Source of the DNA: Eledone cirrhosa
Taxonomy: Eukaryota
Assembly (NCBI GenBank): GCA_964016885.1
Contig: OZ024764.1
Span: 6,696,001-6,760,000, forward strand
Reading direction: 5' to 3'
Length of the DNA stretch: 64,000 nucleotides
In this document: one piece after another, positions 50,701 through 61,769 of the stretch
How the letters are laid out: each line of letters begins with the position of its first letter
How positions within the stretch are numbered: the stretch's first letter is position 1
The notes under the pieces: model-generated
The model's input: the letters and a program-made list of their open reading frames with translations, nothing else
What the model was told of the DNA's origin: nothing
Databases searched by the model: none
Position numbers and translations under genes: made by a program

Positions 50701-52665
50701 CATTAACAAGAGAAGAACTAGGCAGGTGTAAATAGTAGATCATACGAAGGAGACTAAGAGGGAAAGATTTACAAAAATATCTCAACATAATATAAAAATC
50801 TACGTTACCTTTCAGAAAGCTGCTATTGTCCATTGCTAAACCATTTAGCAAGAGTTTCTGTAAAGCTTGTAACATTCTACAAACTGACTGCGCATGTTCC
50901 AAGTATCCTGGCCATGCTACAGCACCTTCTAAGATACTTGGCCATAATACAGTACATTTGAGGTGGGGTTGGAGGCGAAAGTAGAACCAAGAATTCTGGG
51001 ACTAAGTTGAATGAGATGACGCAAGAGTGGAATTATGGAAAATATCCTTATGAACACACGTAATTCTCAAGGAGATTCAGTCTAAGACTTCTATACAGTC
51101 TCTGTCTACCCAGTTTCACATGGGATGTGATCGTACCTGGGACTTAATGATGGTGAAATAAACTCACGAGTTAGTCGATATCGATCTTTACCAACACTGA
51201 TCGACAATTAACCAATGATGGACAGAGGAAGTAAGTGATCGGAAAACTGAAATGAGTTTACAACTGTTTTAGTTTTTACGACCAGTATAATTCAGCTGAA
51301 CATGAGTATCAGTAATAGGTGGGGGGTTTAACCCTGTGATGGACTGGTGGCCTGTCCAGGAGGGAGTCTTGTAATCTCATTCGCTTTACGGGATAAACGA
51401 CAGACCAAAGAACTTCCACATACTTTGGGGATTTAAGGCAACAAGACAATCGCCGACTAATTAACAATATTAAATGGTGATTACAGTTTCAGAAAATATT
51501 TAACACTGCTGAAGAATTGAATCAACAATTTACGGTCTTTGATCTCAATCTTGAAAGAAACATTTAAATCCACCGAAATATTTGCTAAAGACAACAGAGC
51601 TGCTACAGGGAAAACTAGGAAGAGTTTTAAAACAAAATACATTAAATATATTTCCTGTGAATAAAAAAGAAACATGTTGAATTTTATTATTAAATCCCTG
51701 CATTTTATTGTTTATTTTCAACATTAATTTTGTGAATAAAAAAACAAACACATAGGTTTTTCATTTTTTATTAAAATAACAATAGTGCTTAAATAAATAT
51801 ATTCTACATGCCCGCACCATAGATGAAAATTAAGGGTCAGTCTGTCTTGTGGTTCTGGAGCTAGGGAGGATGGCAAGGGCGACATGCGGAAACAGCCACT
51901 GCACCTCACGGCACTCACACTTGTGGGTAGCTAACTCTGCTCCGATAGCCTTGCAAAGGGGGATTTGGTCAGGCGGGGGCCAAGAACACTGGAAGTCTCC
52001 ACTGCCAAAATCTCAATCACAAACATATCAAAGGGTGGCCGATACTTTGACATGATGAGCAGCAAAGCCTGGGCTGGTCACTGAACACACAATGTTGTCA
52101 CTTGAGAAAATGTCACAACGTATGTCATCCTTCCTAACCGAAGAGGCCTACCCTTACGGAGCGGGAAGGTTGTCATGCCATTAATCGATCTGTTAACAGC
52201 TATGATTACGAGAATGACAGACATATGGACCAGTATAATTCAGCTGAACATGAGTACCAGTAATATGTGGGGGAGGGGTTAACCCTGTGATGGACTGGTG
52301 GCCTGTCCAGGAGGGAGTCTTGTACTCTCATTTGCTTTACGGGAAAAACGACAGACCAGAGAACGTCCACATACTTTGGGGATTTAAGGCAACAAGACAA
52401 TCACCGACTAATTAACAATATTAAATGGTGATTACAGTTTCAGAAAATATTTAGCACTGCTGAAGAATTGAATCAACAATTTACGGTCTTTGATCTCAAT
52501 CTTGAAAGAAACATTTAAATCCATTGAAATATTTGCTAAAGACAACAGAGCTGCTACAGGGAAAACTAGGAAGAGTTTTAAAACAAAATACACTAAATAT
52601 ATTTCCTGTGAATAAAAAAGAAACATGTTGAGTTTTATTATTAAATCCCTACATTTTATTGTTTA

Positions 52666-53467
52666 CTAGCACTGGTACCCGGCGTTGCACGGGATAAGGT
52701 ATTATGGAACGCGGGCTGCCGACAGACCTAATCGTGGGAAAACTGCATGCCTCGACAATATGTAAAGAAAATAAACCGAATACTCTGATGGCTGGATAAT
52801 CTTTATGATTTTCTCGATGAAGCAGGAAAAATGCAGGTTTTCACCTAATGCGGGCTCTAGGCCATAAAAAAGTTGGATTTTCTTTGCTCACGCTAAGAAG
52901 AAGAGACTGACTAATACATAATTACAATTTCAAGGAAACGAGTCTGACGTAACGCCTCAAAAATACCCCTAACAAGCTGAAAAAAAAAAACGCAATTTTT
53001 CCTAGGGGATCAAAAAGTTGAATTTTTTTTATGTGCATAACACTCCCTGAGTAACTTTTGTTCTCGTAAAGGCACATAAGTAAGCAACACTGTTGCTTAA
53101 AATGTGAGGAAGAAGTTGTGTGCACTTACGAACTGTTTGGGGAATTGAGTGTGAGATTTGTCTTGAGCAAGGGTGGCGGAATAACCGGAGGCAGCAGACA
53201 GCCAGACATACAGACAGATATTATAAGGGTGCGACGTTATATGTATGTATCTATCTAAAAAGAGAAAGACTAAAAATTATATAGAGAGATCACTAAATTG
53301 CCTAATGTGGTCCCTAGGGCATTGAAAATTCTTTTGCTCAGAACACTCCCTGAAACGTAAGTATTACATGTATAAAGTTTGAAAACAGTTGGTTGGGTGC
53401 TTCTCGAGTTTTAGAGATTCAAACTCACACACACACAGAGACATCCTCAGTTTTATATATATATAGA
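52666..53467 (-). mobile_element. Non-autonomous Helitron, same site as the 31671 copy
   Basis: A|CTAG...CCCGGCGTTGCACGGG...TATATATAGA|T junctions; internally shorter. Confidence 0.88.
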
Positions 53468-55003
53468 TTTTCAACATCAATTTAGTGAATAAAAAACAAA
53501 CACATAGGTTTTTCATTTTTTATTAAAATAACAAATATATTCTACATGCCCGCACCATAGATGAAACTTGGGGGTCAGTCTGTCTTGTGGTTCTGGAGCT
53601 AGGGAGGATGGCAAGGGAGACATACTGAAACAGCCACTGCACCTCTCGGGGCTCACACTTGTGGGTAGCTAACTCCACTCCAATAGTCTTGCAAAGGGGG
53701 ATTTGGTCAAGCGGTGGGGACAAGAACACTGGAAGTCTCCACTGCCAAAATCTCAATAACAAACATATCAAAGGGTGGCCGATACTTTGACATGACGAGC
53801 AGCAAAGCCTGGGCTGGTCACTGAGTACACAATGTTGTCACTTGAGAAAATGTCACAACGTATGACATCCTTCCTAAACGAAGGGCCTACCCTTACGGAG
53901 CGGGAAGGTTGTCATGCCGTTAATCGATATCGATATGTTAACAGCTATGATTACGAGAAGGACAGACATACAGGAGAGAGAAAGTTCTTTAAAAAGTAGG
54001 TTTCCCTGTCACAGTCCTCACCCCACAGGCTGGAGGGAGAGGGTTGGTAGAAATATCTGCCTACAATCTCATGGGGTTGATAAATAAAGTACCAGTAATG
54101 TACTGGAGTCGATAAATAAAGTACCGGTAATGTACTAGAGGTTGATTTAATCAACGTCCCCCACACCCCAAATTATTAGCCTTGTGCCTAAAGTAAAAAT
54201 CATTAAATTATTCAATATTTCCATTATTTTCCAATATTGAGGCACATGGGCTATGTATTCTAATAGAAATACGGTACCCCGGGGGTGGTGTCTGAGAAAA
54301 AAAAGGCTGTTCAAATGATTGAAGATATCTAAAGTCTGTCCCAAGCTCGGGGACTCATCACGCCGGTCCTTACCCCGGTTTCCATGGCATGAAACACCTA
54401 AGAATATAAGATCACCCCCTGGACAGGGCGCTAGTCCATCGCAGGGGTAAACCCCCACCTACAGTTGAGTATACTGAAGCATCGTGAAATAAAATGTTTT
54501 CTCAAGAACACAACACACAACCCAGTCCAGGAATTGAACCCACCTACCTCTAATGACGATATTATGAAGGGAACTAAAAACAAACTGTTTACCCAGAATA
54601 CATCAACATAAACTAAGATTCCACGTTATAATGGCCTGACCCACTTGGTTATTTAAGACTAGTTTATATATATATAAAGAGAGAGAGATGTTATTGTATG
54701 TGGAGGGGTAGTGTTGGTGAGCAACCAACCAGACTGCAGACCCTTCTGTTAAAACACCTGACAAACCTCATATGTAACGCACCCTCGTAGAACGAACATA
54801 GCGAGGGTTAAAGTGCTTTAAAAACTGAAATTAATTTACAACGCTCTTAAGTAATATTTAGCAACAATTATCTAACACAAATTTATATATATACACACGC
54901 ACACATCTATATATATACATATACACACATCTATATGTATATACAGATATCCATAAAACAACTCTTGGACCCGCTAGTAGAAGTGTTTGAGGAGACAGAA
55001 GAC

Positions 55004-55310
55004 TGAGGTGCTGGAACAAGCAAGCACCTCACCAGTTACCTCTATTAGGCGAGGCTGAGGTACTGGAACAACCAAGCACCTCACCAGTTACCTCTATTAG
55101 GCGAGGCTGAGGTACTGGAACAACCAAGCACCTCACCAGTTACCTCTATTAGGCGAGGCTGAGGTACTGGAACAACCAAGCACCTCACCAGTTACCTCTA
55201 TTAGGCGAGGCTGAGGTACTGGAACAACCAAGCACCTCACCAGTTACCTCTATTATGCGAGGCTGAGTGCTGGAACAACCAAGCACCTCACCAGTTACCT
55301 CTATTAGGGG
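55004..55310. repeat. 52-bp double-hairpin VNTR, 6 units
   Basis: Same unit, with a local GAGGTACT variant in four consecutive units. Confidence 0.95.
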
Positions 55311-57326
55311 AGCCGCCATTGCAGAGGAAACTCGCAGTCAGCGACCCGATTCCCCCAAAAGTCTACAAAGCTGGGAATAACATTTTAATATTACACAATA
55401 CTAATAAATGAACATATTACAGTACCTTAGTTTCACTGTTACCAGCAGCAATGTCGTCAATGTTTTGGCTTGCCATTAAAAATATTTAGACATTGTTAAT
55501 ATAAAAAATAAGATTTTATGTTCTGTCAAACTCAAATTTCCCGGTCATCGTTACAACACGAGCTACCTTGCAAAGTTAGCCACACATTCTCAGTCAAGTT
55601 TTCGTATTTTCGCAGTGAAATTTTTTAATTAGTTTCGTTAATGTGGGATAAAGTTTATTAAACAAATTTCTATTTAATTATATAATTTAATTACTTAATA
55701 AAATTAAGTAACGAAGTTGAGGAAGCAGCCAATCCTAGATAGTGGTGGCCATAACTGGACCCCGAAACCAAAGGTTACGCATACATGATAAGTGTATGAA
55801 ATTTAAAATATACTACATATATATATATATAGTATATTTTAAATATATATATATATATATATATAGGTTTGTTGGTTCACCACTGGATAGAACTGGTCAT
55901 TCCGTATGGTTAACCTTGATGTAATATTAGGGAGAGCACTCAACGTAATGCAACTCACCTCTTCGTATGTGTTGTTGGTGGTGCGAGTACGGAGTTAATT
56001 ATTATAAAGTAACAGGAGGCTGGACTGGTGTCTCTGCTTTCAGCCCCATGGATCTTGTCTATTATATTCCTTTGTTATATTTCGAATACCCGATGATGTC
56101 ACCGAATTTATACTGAATAAGGTCACTGAAATGATCCTTTTAAGGAATTACACCAGTCCAGCCTCCTGTGATTTTATAATATATATATAGTATGTATATA
56201 TATAGAGTATATATATAAATATATATATATATACATATATATATACATATATATATACATATATATATATACATACTATATTTATAGAGTTAACCTTGGT
56301 CTTCTTCTTCTAGTGTGTCCATGTAGGGGCTCCCACAGGAGCACTGATTGTAGTGTCAATTCTGGATGTCGGTGAACATGTCCAGCTAACCTCAGTCTCC
56401 CCTGTGTCACTTTCGAGCTGACTTTTGGGAGGCTCCCATACAGCTCTGAGTTTTTCATCCTCAGTATATACTGATTAATATTCAGAGCCATCCTCAGCAT
56501 TCTCGTGTAGCACCCATCCACGTATGTTGATGCCCTAAGGACAGACACTGGTCTCTTGGAGACGCAGGACATGGCAGTGATGATGAGGGACAGAGACCGC
56601 TGGAGAGAACTCGTCCATGGATCTCGGGAATTTTACCCGCCCTAGATATATAGAGTCTGTGCTGCTGTACGGGTCTGATACTTGGACACTGACCAAGAAA
56701 CTCACTCAGATGGTGGATGGGTGCTACACGAGAATACTAAGGATAGCTCTGAACATTAATCAGTATACACTGAGGATGAAAAACTCAGAGCTGTACGGGA
56801 GCCTCCCAAAAGTCAGCTCAAATGTGACACAGTGGAGACTATTGACACATTGGAAGAGGAAGACCAAGGATGATATATATTGATGTCCTAAGGACAGACA
56901 ATATTAAATACAAGGAAACTATATTTATTCTATTATATATATTTCAAGGGTACCAAAACTTTGCTACACTTTCATCAGATAAAATACAAAGTTTGTTTTA
57001 TAAATTTTGACATAACCAAGAAAGGATACCTTAAGAAAAACTTGAACCGTCAAAGTATCTTTTCTTGGTTATGTCAAAAACTTTGTATTTTATTTGAAAT
57101 ATATATAATAGATTATATATGGTTTTATAACTATAGTTATAAACATTTATATTTGTTGAATTACCAACAAATTCAATATCCCTTTTGCTTATATAGTATG
57201 TATATATATATCTGCACCTCACGGGGCTCAAACTTGTGGGTAGCTATATAGTATGTATATATATAGAGAGAGAGAAAGAGAAAGAGAAAGAGTATATATA
57301 GAGAGAGAGTATATATATATAGTATG

Positions 57327-57366
<40 letters not shown>

Positions 57367-58387
57367 GTGCAAATTTATACGGGAACAAAACAGAGAGGCA
57401 GACAAATAAAGGTTTATTAGGTTCACGTTTCTGTGAGTGGGGGTGGGGGACAAACCCGTCTAAATCATCGTTAAACGATGATATATATATAAATCATCGT
57501 TTAACGATAATTTATATAGTATGTATATATATATATATATATATGTATGTCAGGTCACCAGTTGGTGCTACTGGTAACATGTATTCCAGTACAACCTGTC
57601 CCATGGTCGGGTTGTTGGCGACTAAACTGGCAACCCCACCAAGGTTTCTTGGCGAGGAGGGTGACTTTGGACATCCTGCAGGACTAAAAACAAAACCTGG
57701 CAAAGGAGCTCTTAAGAGTCAATGGACATCCAAAATCACCGGGAGAGATGACCCCTTAGCCTTTGTCAAGGCAGAATTCTAGAAGGAAAACTCTGATATA
57801 ACACCTGCAACCCTGATGATATCCAATGATGTTGACTTGTTCTTCTTTTTGGTAAATATCATCTTGGTTAAGAGAGTGGGACTGGCCTTGTGCAGTGCCT
57901 TTGCTCACTATAAAAGCTTCACGGCACAGGCATTGCTTTCTATATGGAGATCTCTCTGCACTTGTCGTCACATGATAGCATGGGCCCAGCACTATGTGTC
58001 AATAATTGTCACAAATGTAGTGTTTGTACCAGAGTTTTCAAGTCGCTGGCTGGACTAAAAAGTCACACGCGTTCAGCGCTTCGGTAGGGGTTCTCCTACA
58101 TGGATATAAAGTAGTGGCCGTACTCGAAAACGAGTTGGCAGCCACCATATATATATATATATATATATATATTTCGTTTCTGAATTTGTTTAGCAAGATT
58201 CTTTATCTGAAATCGTGTGTTGAAACCGATATTGTTATACTTTGGGAGGGTCATGTTGCCAATAAGAAACACACGCACCAGTTGCTTTCACTTCAATTTA
58301 ATTTAATATATATTTATAAATTTACAAATTTATAAATTTCTGGTTGGTTGGTTGGTTCCACAACCAGATAGTTGTTTATATATATAT

Positions 58388-58432
58388 AGTCATAGTTCTT
58401 TCGTCACACACTCTGTGACCTCTTCAGTGACT
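58388..58432 (-). ncRNA. Minimal type I hammerhead ribozyme of the Penelope-like element
   Basis: Minus strand AGUCA-CUGAAGA-G-GUCACA(GAGUG)UGUGAC-GAAA-GAAC-UA^UGACU: stem I AGUCA/UGACU, 6-bp stem II, minimal stem III, CUA triplet. Confidence 0.75.
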
Positions 58433-58727
58433 GGGGATTTCTTTCTTCGTTTCTGTGCCTTTCCTTTCTTCTATCCTACGCCATTTTGTTTGTGTGTGGG
58501 TTGCGTGCTCAGTTTGCGCATGCGCCACATCCGGGTGTCTGTGTGTGTTTGTGTTCATTTTTCTATTTTTCTATTTATATTTGTTTGTTTATTTATTTAT
58601 TTATTGTTGGTTGGTTGTTTGTTCTATGTGTGTGTGTGTTTTCATTTTGTCTTGTGTGTTTTCATTTTGTGTGTGTTTTCAATTGTAAGTTGTTTGTTCT
58701 ATGTGTGTGTGTGTTTTCATTTTGTCC

Positions 58728-59135
58728 TTAATTGTAAGTTGTGATGTTGCTGTTCCACTCATATTTTCTATTTAATTTTGGTTTTAATTCTTTTATGCTT
58801 ACTGCCTCTGTAATTTGCCTAAACATTGCGTCTTTCTTGTGTGTGGATTCTATTTTTATTTCTATGCTCTCTAATTTACCCCTGTGTTCTATCTTAGCAT
58901 GTTGGTAGAGCACAGATGATTCTTTACTATCTTGGAGGTCTCGCCAGTGTTCATTTATTCGTTCCCCTATACTACGAGCTGTCTCACCTATGTACACTAT
59001 ATTTTTGTTTCTACATTGTCCCTCAGTACATCTTATGCTATATACTACATTTCTAGTTTTACAGTTAATATGGGGGCTTATTTTACAGGTTATACATTTC
59101 TTATCTATACATGAGGGTCTTTGGAACGGGTATGT
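58728..59135 (-). pseudogene. 5'-truncated Penelope-type GIY-YIG endonuclease with Cys-rich linker
   Basis: The open frame extends upstream of the tracked ORF: TYPFQRPSCIDKKCITCKISPHINCKTRNVVYSIRCTEGQCRNKNIVYIGETARSIGERINEH...RQITEAVSI..LNRKYEWN. Confidence 0.9.
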
Positions 59136-59464
59136 CTATATATGATGACTATATATATATATAAACAACTATCTGGTTGTGGAACCAACCAACCAACCAG
59201 AAATTTATAAATTTGTAAATTTATAAATATATATTAAATTAAATTGAAGTGAAAGCAACTGGTGCGTGTGTTTCTTATTGGCAACATGACCCTCCCAAAG
59301 TATAACAATATATATATATATATATATATATAGGAACGAGTAGGACCCCGACGGCTGAGCTCAAGCCGTTTCGACGGCTCGTTCCTATTACCCACTCTAC
59401 TACCCTAAGTATTGAGTACTTTCGTGCGTTATGGTCCACCTGGTTTCTTACCACATTTCCTTCG

Positions 59465-59524
<60 letters not shown>

Positions 59525-59615
59525 TTAATATAGATGAGATATATATATATATAAAATCATCGTTAAACGATGATATATATATATATAAATCATCGTTTAA
59601 CACTAATTTATATAG

Positions 59616-59678
<63 letters not shown>

Positions 59679-59974
59679 ATACTATATAAATCATCGTTAA
59701 ACGATGATTTATATATATATATATCATCGTTTAACGATGATTTAGACGGGTTTGTCCCATTAGAAGTAAGTTGGGTCGGGTGACCGTGTCTCACTCATAC
59801 AGGACTGTTTCTGGCTGGTTTTCTAGGGGCTGGATGCCCTTCCTAACACCAACCACATTTACAGTGTCGAATGGGTGCTTTTGTCATGTCACCTACAATT
59901 TTAAAAATTGTAAACAATAAATTTAAAAAACATTTTTTCCAACATTTAATTGTCTCTATCTGAAATATTGGAGT

Positions 59975-60320
59975 AAACATGCTCCGTTGGATGTGCGTGA
60001 ACGACCAAGCACAGACGAGTTGAGAGAGAAACTGTGTATAAGAGGGATAAGCTGTAGTGTGCGGGAGAGAAGGCTGGGGTGGTATGGACATGTGATGTGC
60101 ATCGAAGTAAAGAAGTGCCAAGAAATCCATGTAGAAGGAAGGCGCAGTAGAGGTAGACCACGGAAAACATGGCGGAGATGGTGAGAGCTGACCTCAGATC
60201 ACTGAAACTCACGGGGGAGATGACGAAGGACCGTGACAAGTGGAGAGATGCTGTGCTGAATAGGACCCGTCCCACCCTTGCAAGCAGGGAAGAGCGGACG
60301 TGAAATGATGATGATGATGA
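59975..60320 (+). mobile_element. RTE 3' fragment with (ATG)n tail
   Basis: LREKLCIRGI..RERRLGWYGHVM..RGRPRKTW, then GGACGTGAAATGATGATGATG. Confidence 0.85.
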
Positions 60321-60326
60321 TATATG

Positions 60327-60377
<51 letters not shown>

Positions 60378-60538
60378 TGTTTATCTCAGCAAAGAGATTT
60401 TTAATTTGCTGGTAATTCAACAAATTTATTTATTATAACAGATTCGAAGCACTCTACAATGTTCCTGGAGTATAATCAATGATATTAATAGATGGAAACT
60501 ATATTTATAAAACCATATTTATTTTATTATATATATAC

Positions 60539-60569
<31 letters not shown>

Positions 60570-60579
60570 CTGTTTAGAT

Positions 60580-60745
60580 ATAATTTCTACTTTTGGCACA
60601 AGGCCAGCAAATACTCAGTGCATTACTGGTACTTTATTTTATCGACCCCGTAAGGATGATAGGCAAAGTTAACCTCAGCGGGATTTGAACTCAGAATGGC
60701 AAGGGCCGTAACTCTATGCGTCAAAGCATGGCGTCCGACCCTCTG
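60580..60745 (-). mobile_element. tRNA-derived SINE
   Basis: Reverse complement of the SINE at 10468 (GAGTTCAAATCC, GTCGATAAAATAAAGTACCAGT). Confidence 0.75.
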
Positions 60746-60810
60746 TTAAACTAAAATCGCTTCAAAGCGATGCTCCAGTAAAACAATTAAAAACGATGAA
60801 GGAGAGAACA

Positions 60811-61096
60811 TAAGATTAAAGGAATATCCTGCTACTATACAGTACTACTAGTAACTGTGATATAACGAACATGTGTAACAGAATATAAAATTAAAGGAAT
60901 ATCCTGCTACTATAGAAAACTACTACTAACTGTAATATAACAGAATACAAGATTAAAGAAATGCCCTGCTACTAAACAATACTACTACTAACTGTGATAT
61001 AACGAACATGTGTAACAGAATAAAAGATTAAAGGAATAACCTGCTGCTATACAATACTACAACTAACTGTGATATAACGAATATGTGTAACAGAAT
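60811..61096. repeat. ~60-78-bp minisatellite, ~4 units
   Basis: Recurring ATTAAAGGAATATCCTGCTACTA...TACTACTAACTGTGATATAACGAACATGTGTAACAGAAT. Confidence 0.85.
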
Positions 61097-61228
61097 CACT
61101 GACGTAGTTAATACTGAATATATTCCTTAATTGTTTATTTTCTCTTTTAAATTTCTCTCTGAATATATATATGTATATATGTATGTGTGTATATATGTAT
61201 ATATGTATGTGTGTATATATATATATAC

Positions 61229-61465
61229 AGGAGACTGTGGTTGGCTGGACATGCTCACCGACATCCAGAGTTGACATTGCACTCAGTGCTCCTTTGGGAG
61301 CCCCTACATGGACACACTAGAAGAGGAAGACCAAGGTTAACATATGTTGATGCCCTAAGGACAGACACTGGTCTGTTGGAGATGCAGGATATGGCAGCGA
61401 TAATGAGGGACAGAGACCGCTGGAGAGAACTCGTCCATGGATCTCGGGAATTTTACCCGCCTTAG
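61229..61465 (+). mobile_element. Unrearranged 3' fragment of the RTE-like family that is inverted at 20901-21221
   Basis: RRLWLAGHAHRHPELTLHSVLLWEPLHGHTRRGRPRLTYVDALRTDTG..., flanked by TA repeats. Confidence 0.85.
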
Positions 61466-61769
61466 ATAGATATATATATCATCATTTCATTTTACGTCCA
61501 CTTTTCCCTGCTTGCAAGGGTAGGACGGGAACTGAAAGTGGCTTGATTTCTACAGCTGGATGCCCTTCCTAACACCATCCTCATTTACAGTGAGTGCTGG
61601 ATGCTTTTTTTTGCCGTGGCACCTCCACGACCACTTTGCAGTGAAATGATAGGGACCCCAGTCCCTATCATCTCATTTCTACAGCTGAGTAAACTGGAGC
61701 AATGTGAAATAAAGTGTCTTGCTCAAGGAAACAACACATCATATATAAATATATCCTCTCCAAAATGCT

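Larger units (their letters stand above)
8100..57246. repeat. Nested tandem segmental duplication of TE-fragment modules
   Basis: Identical or near-identical ORFs recur at ~19.7-20.0 kb offsets (16404/36089, 20086/39758, 26224/46210, 28734/48718). The sub-module CACCTCACGGGGCTCACACTTGTGGGTAGC recurs at ~9880, 12130, 13620, 21590, 28463, 32860, 41261, 48447, 51901, 53640 and 57214. Confidence 0.95.
58229..59311 (-). mobile_element. Penelope-like element (Naiad/Neptune-type) 3' fragment with inverted terminal copy
   Basis: GIY-YIG frame, hammerhead, and a ~165-bp inverted repeat 58229-58393 / 59145-59311. Confidence 0.88.

Noticed and set aside
57173-59794. ORFs rich in YI/IY or CV repeats
   Set aside because: They are translations of (TA)n and (TG)n low-complexity sequence.
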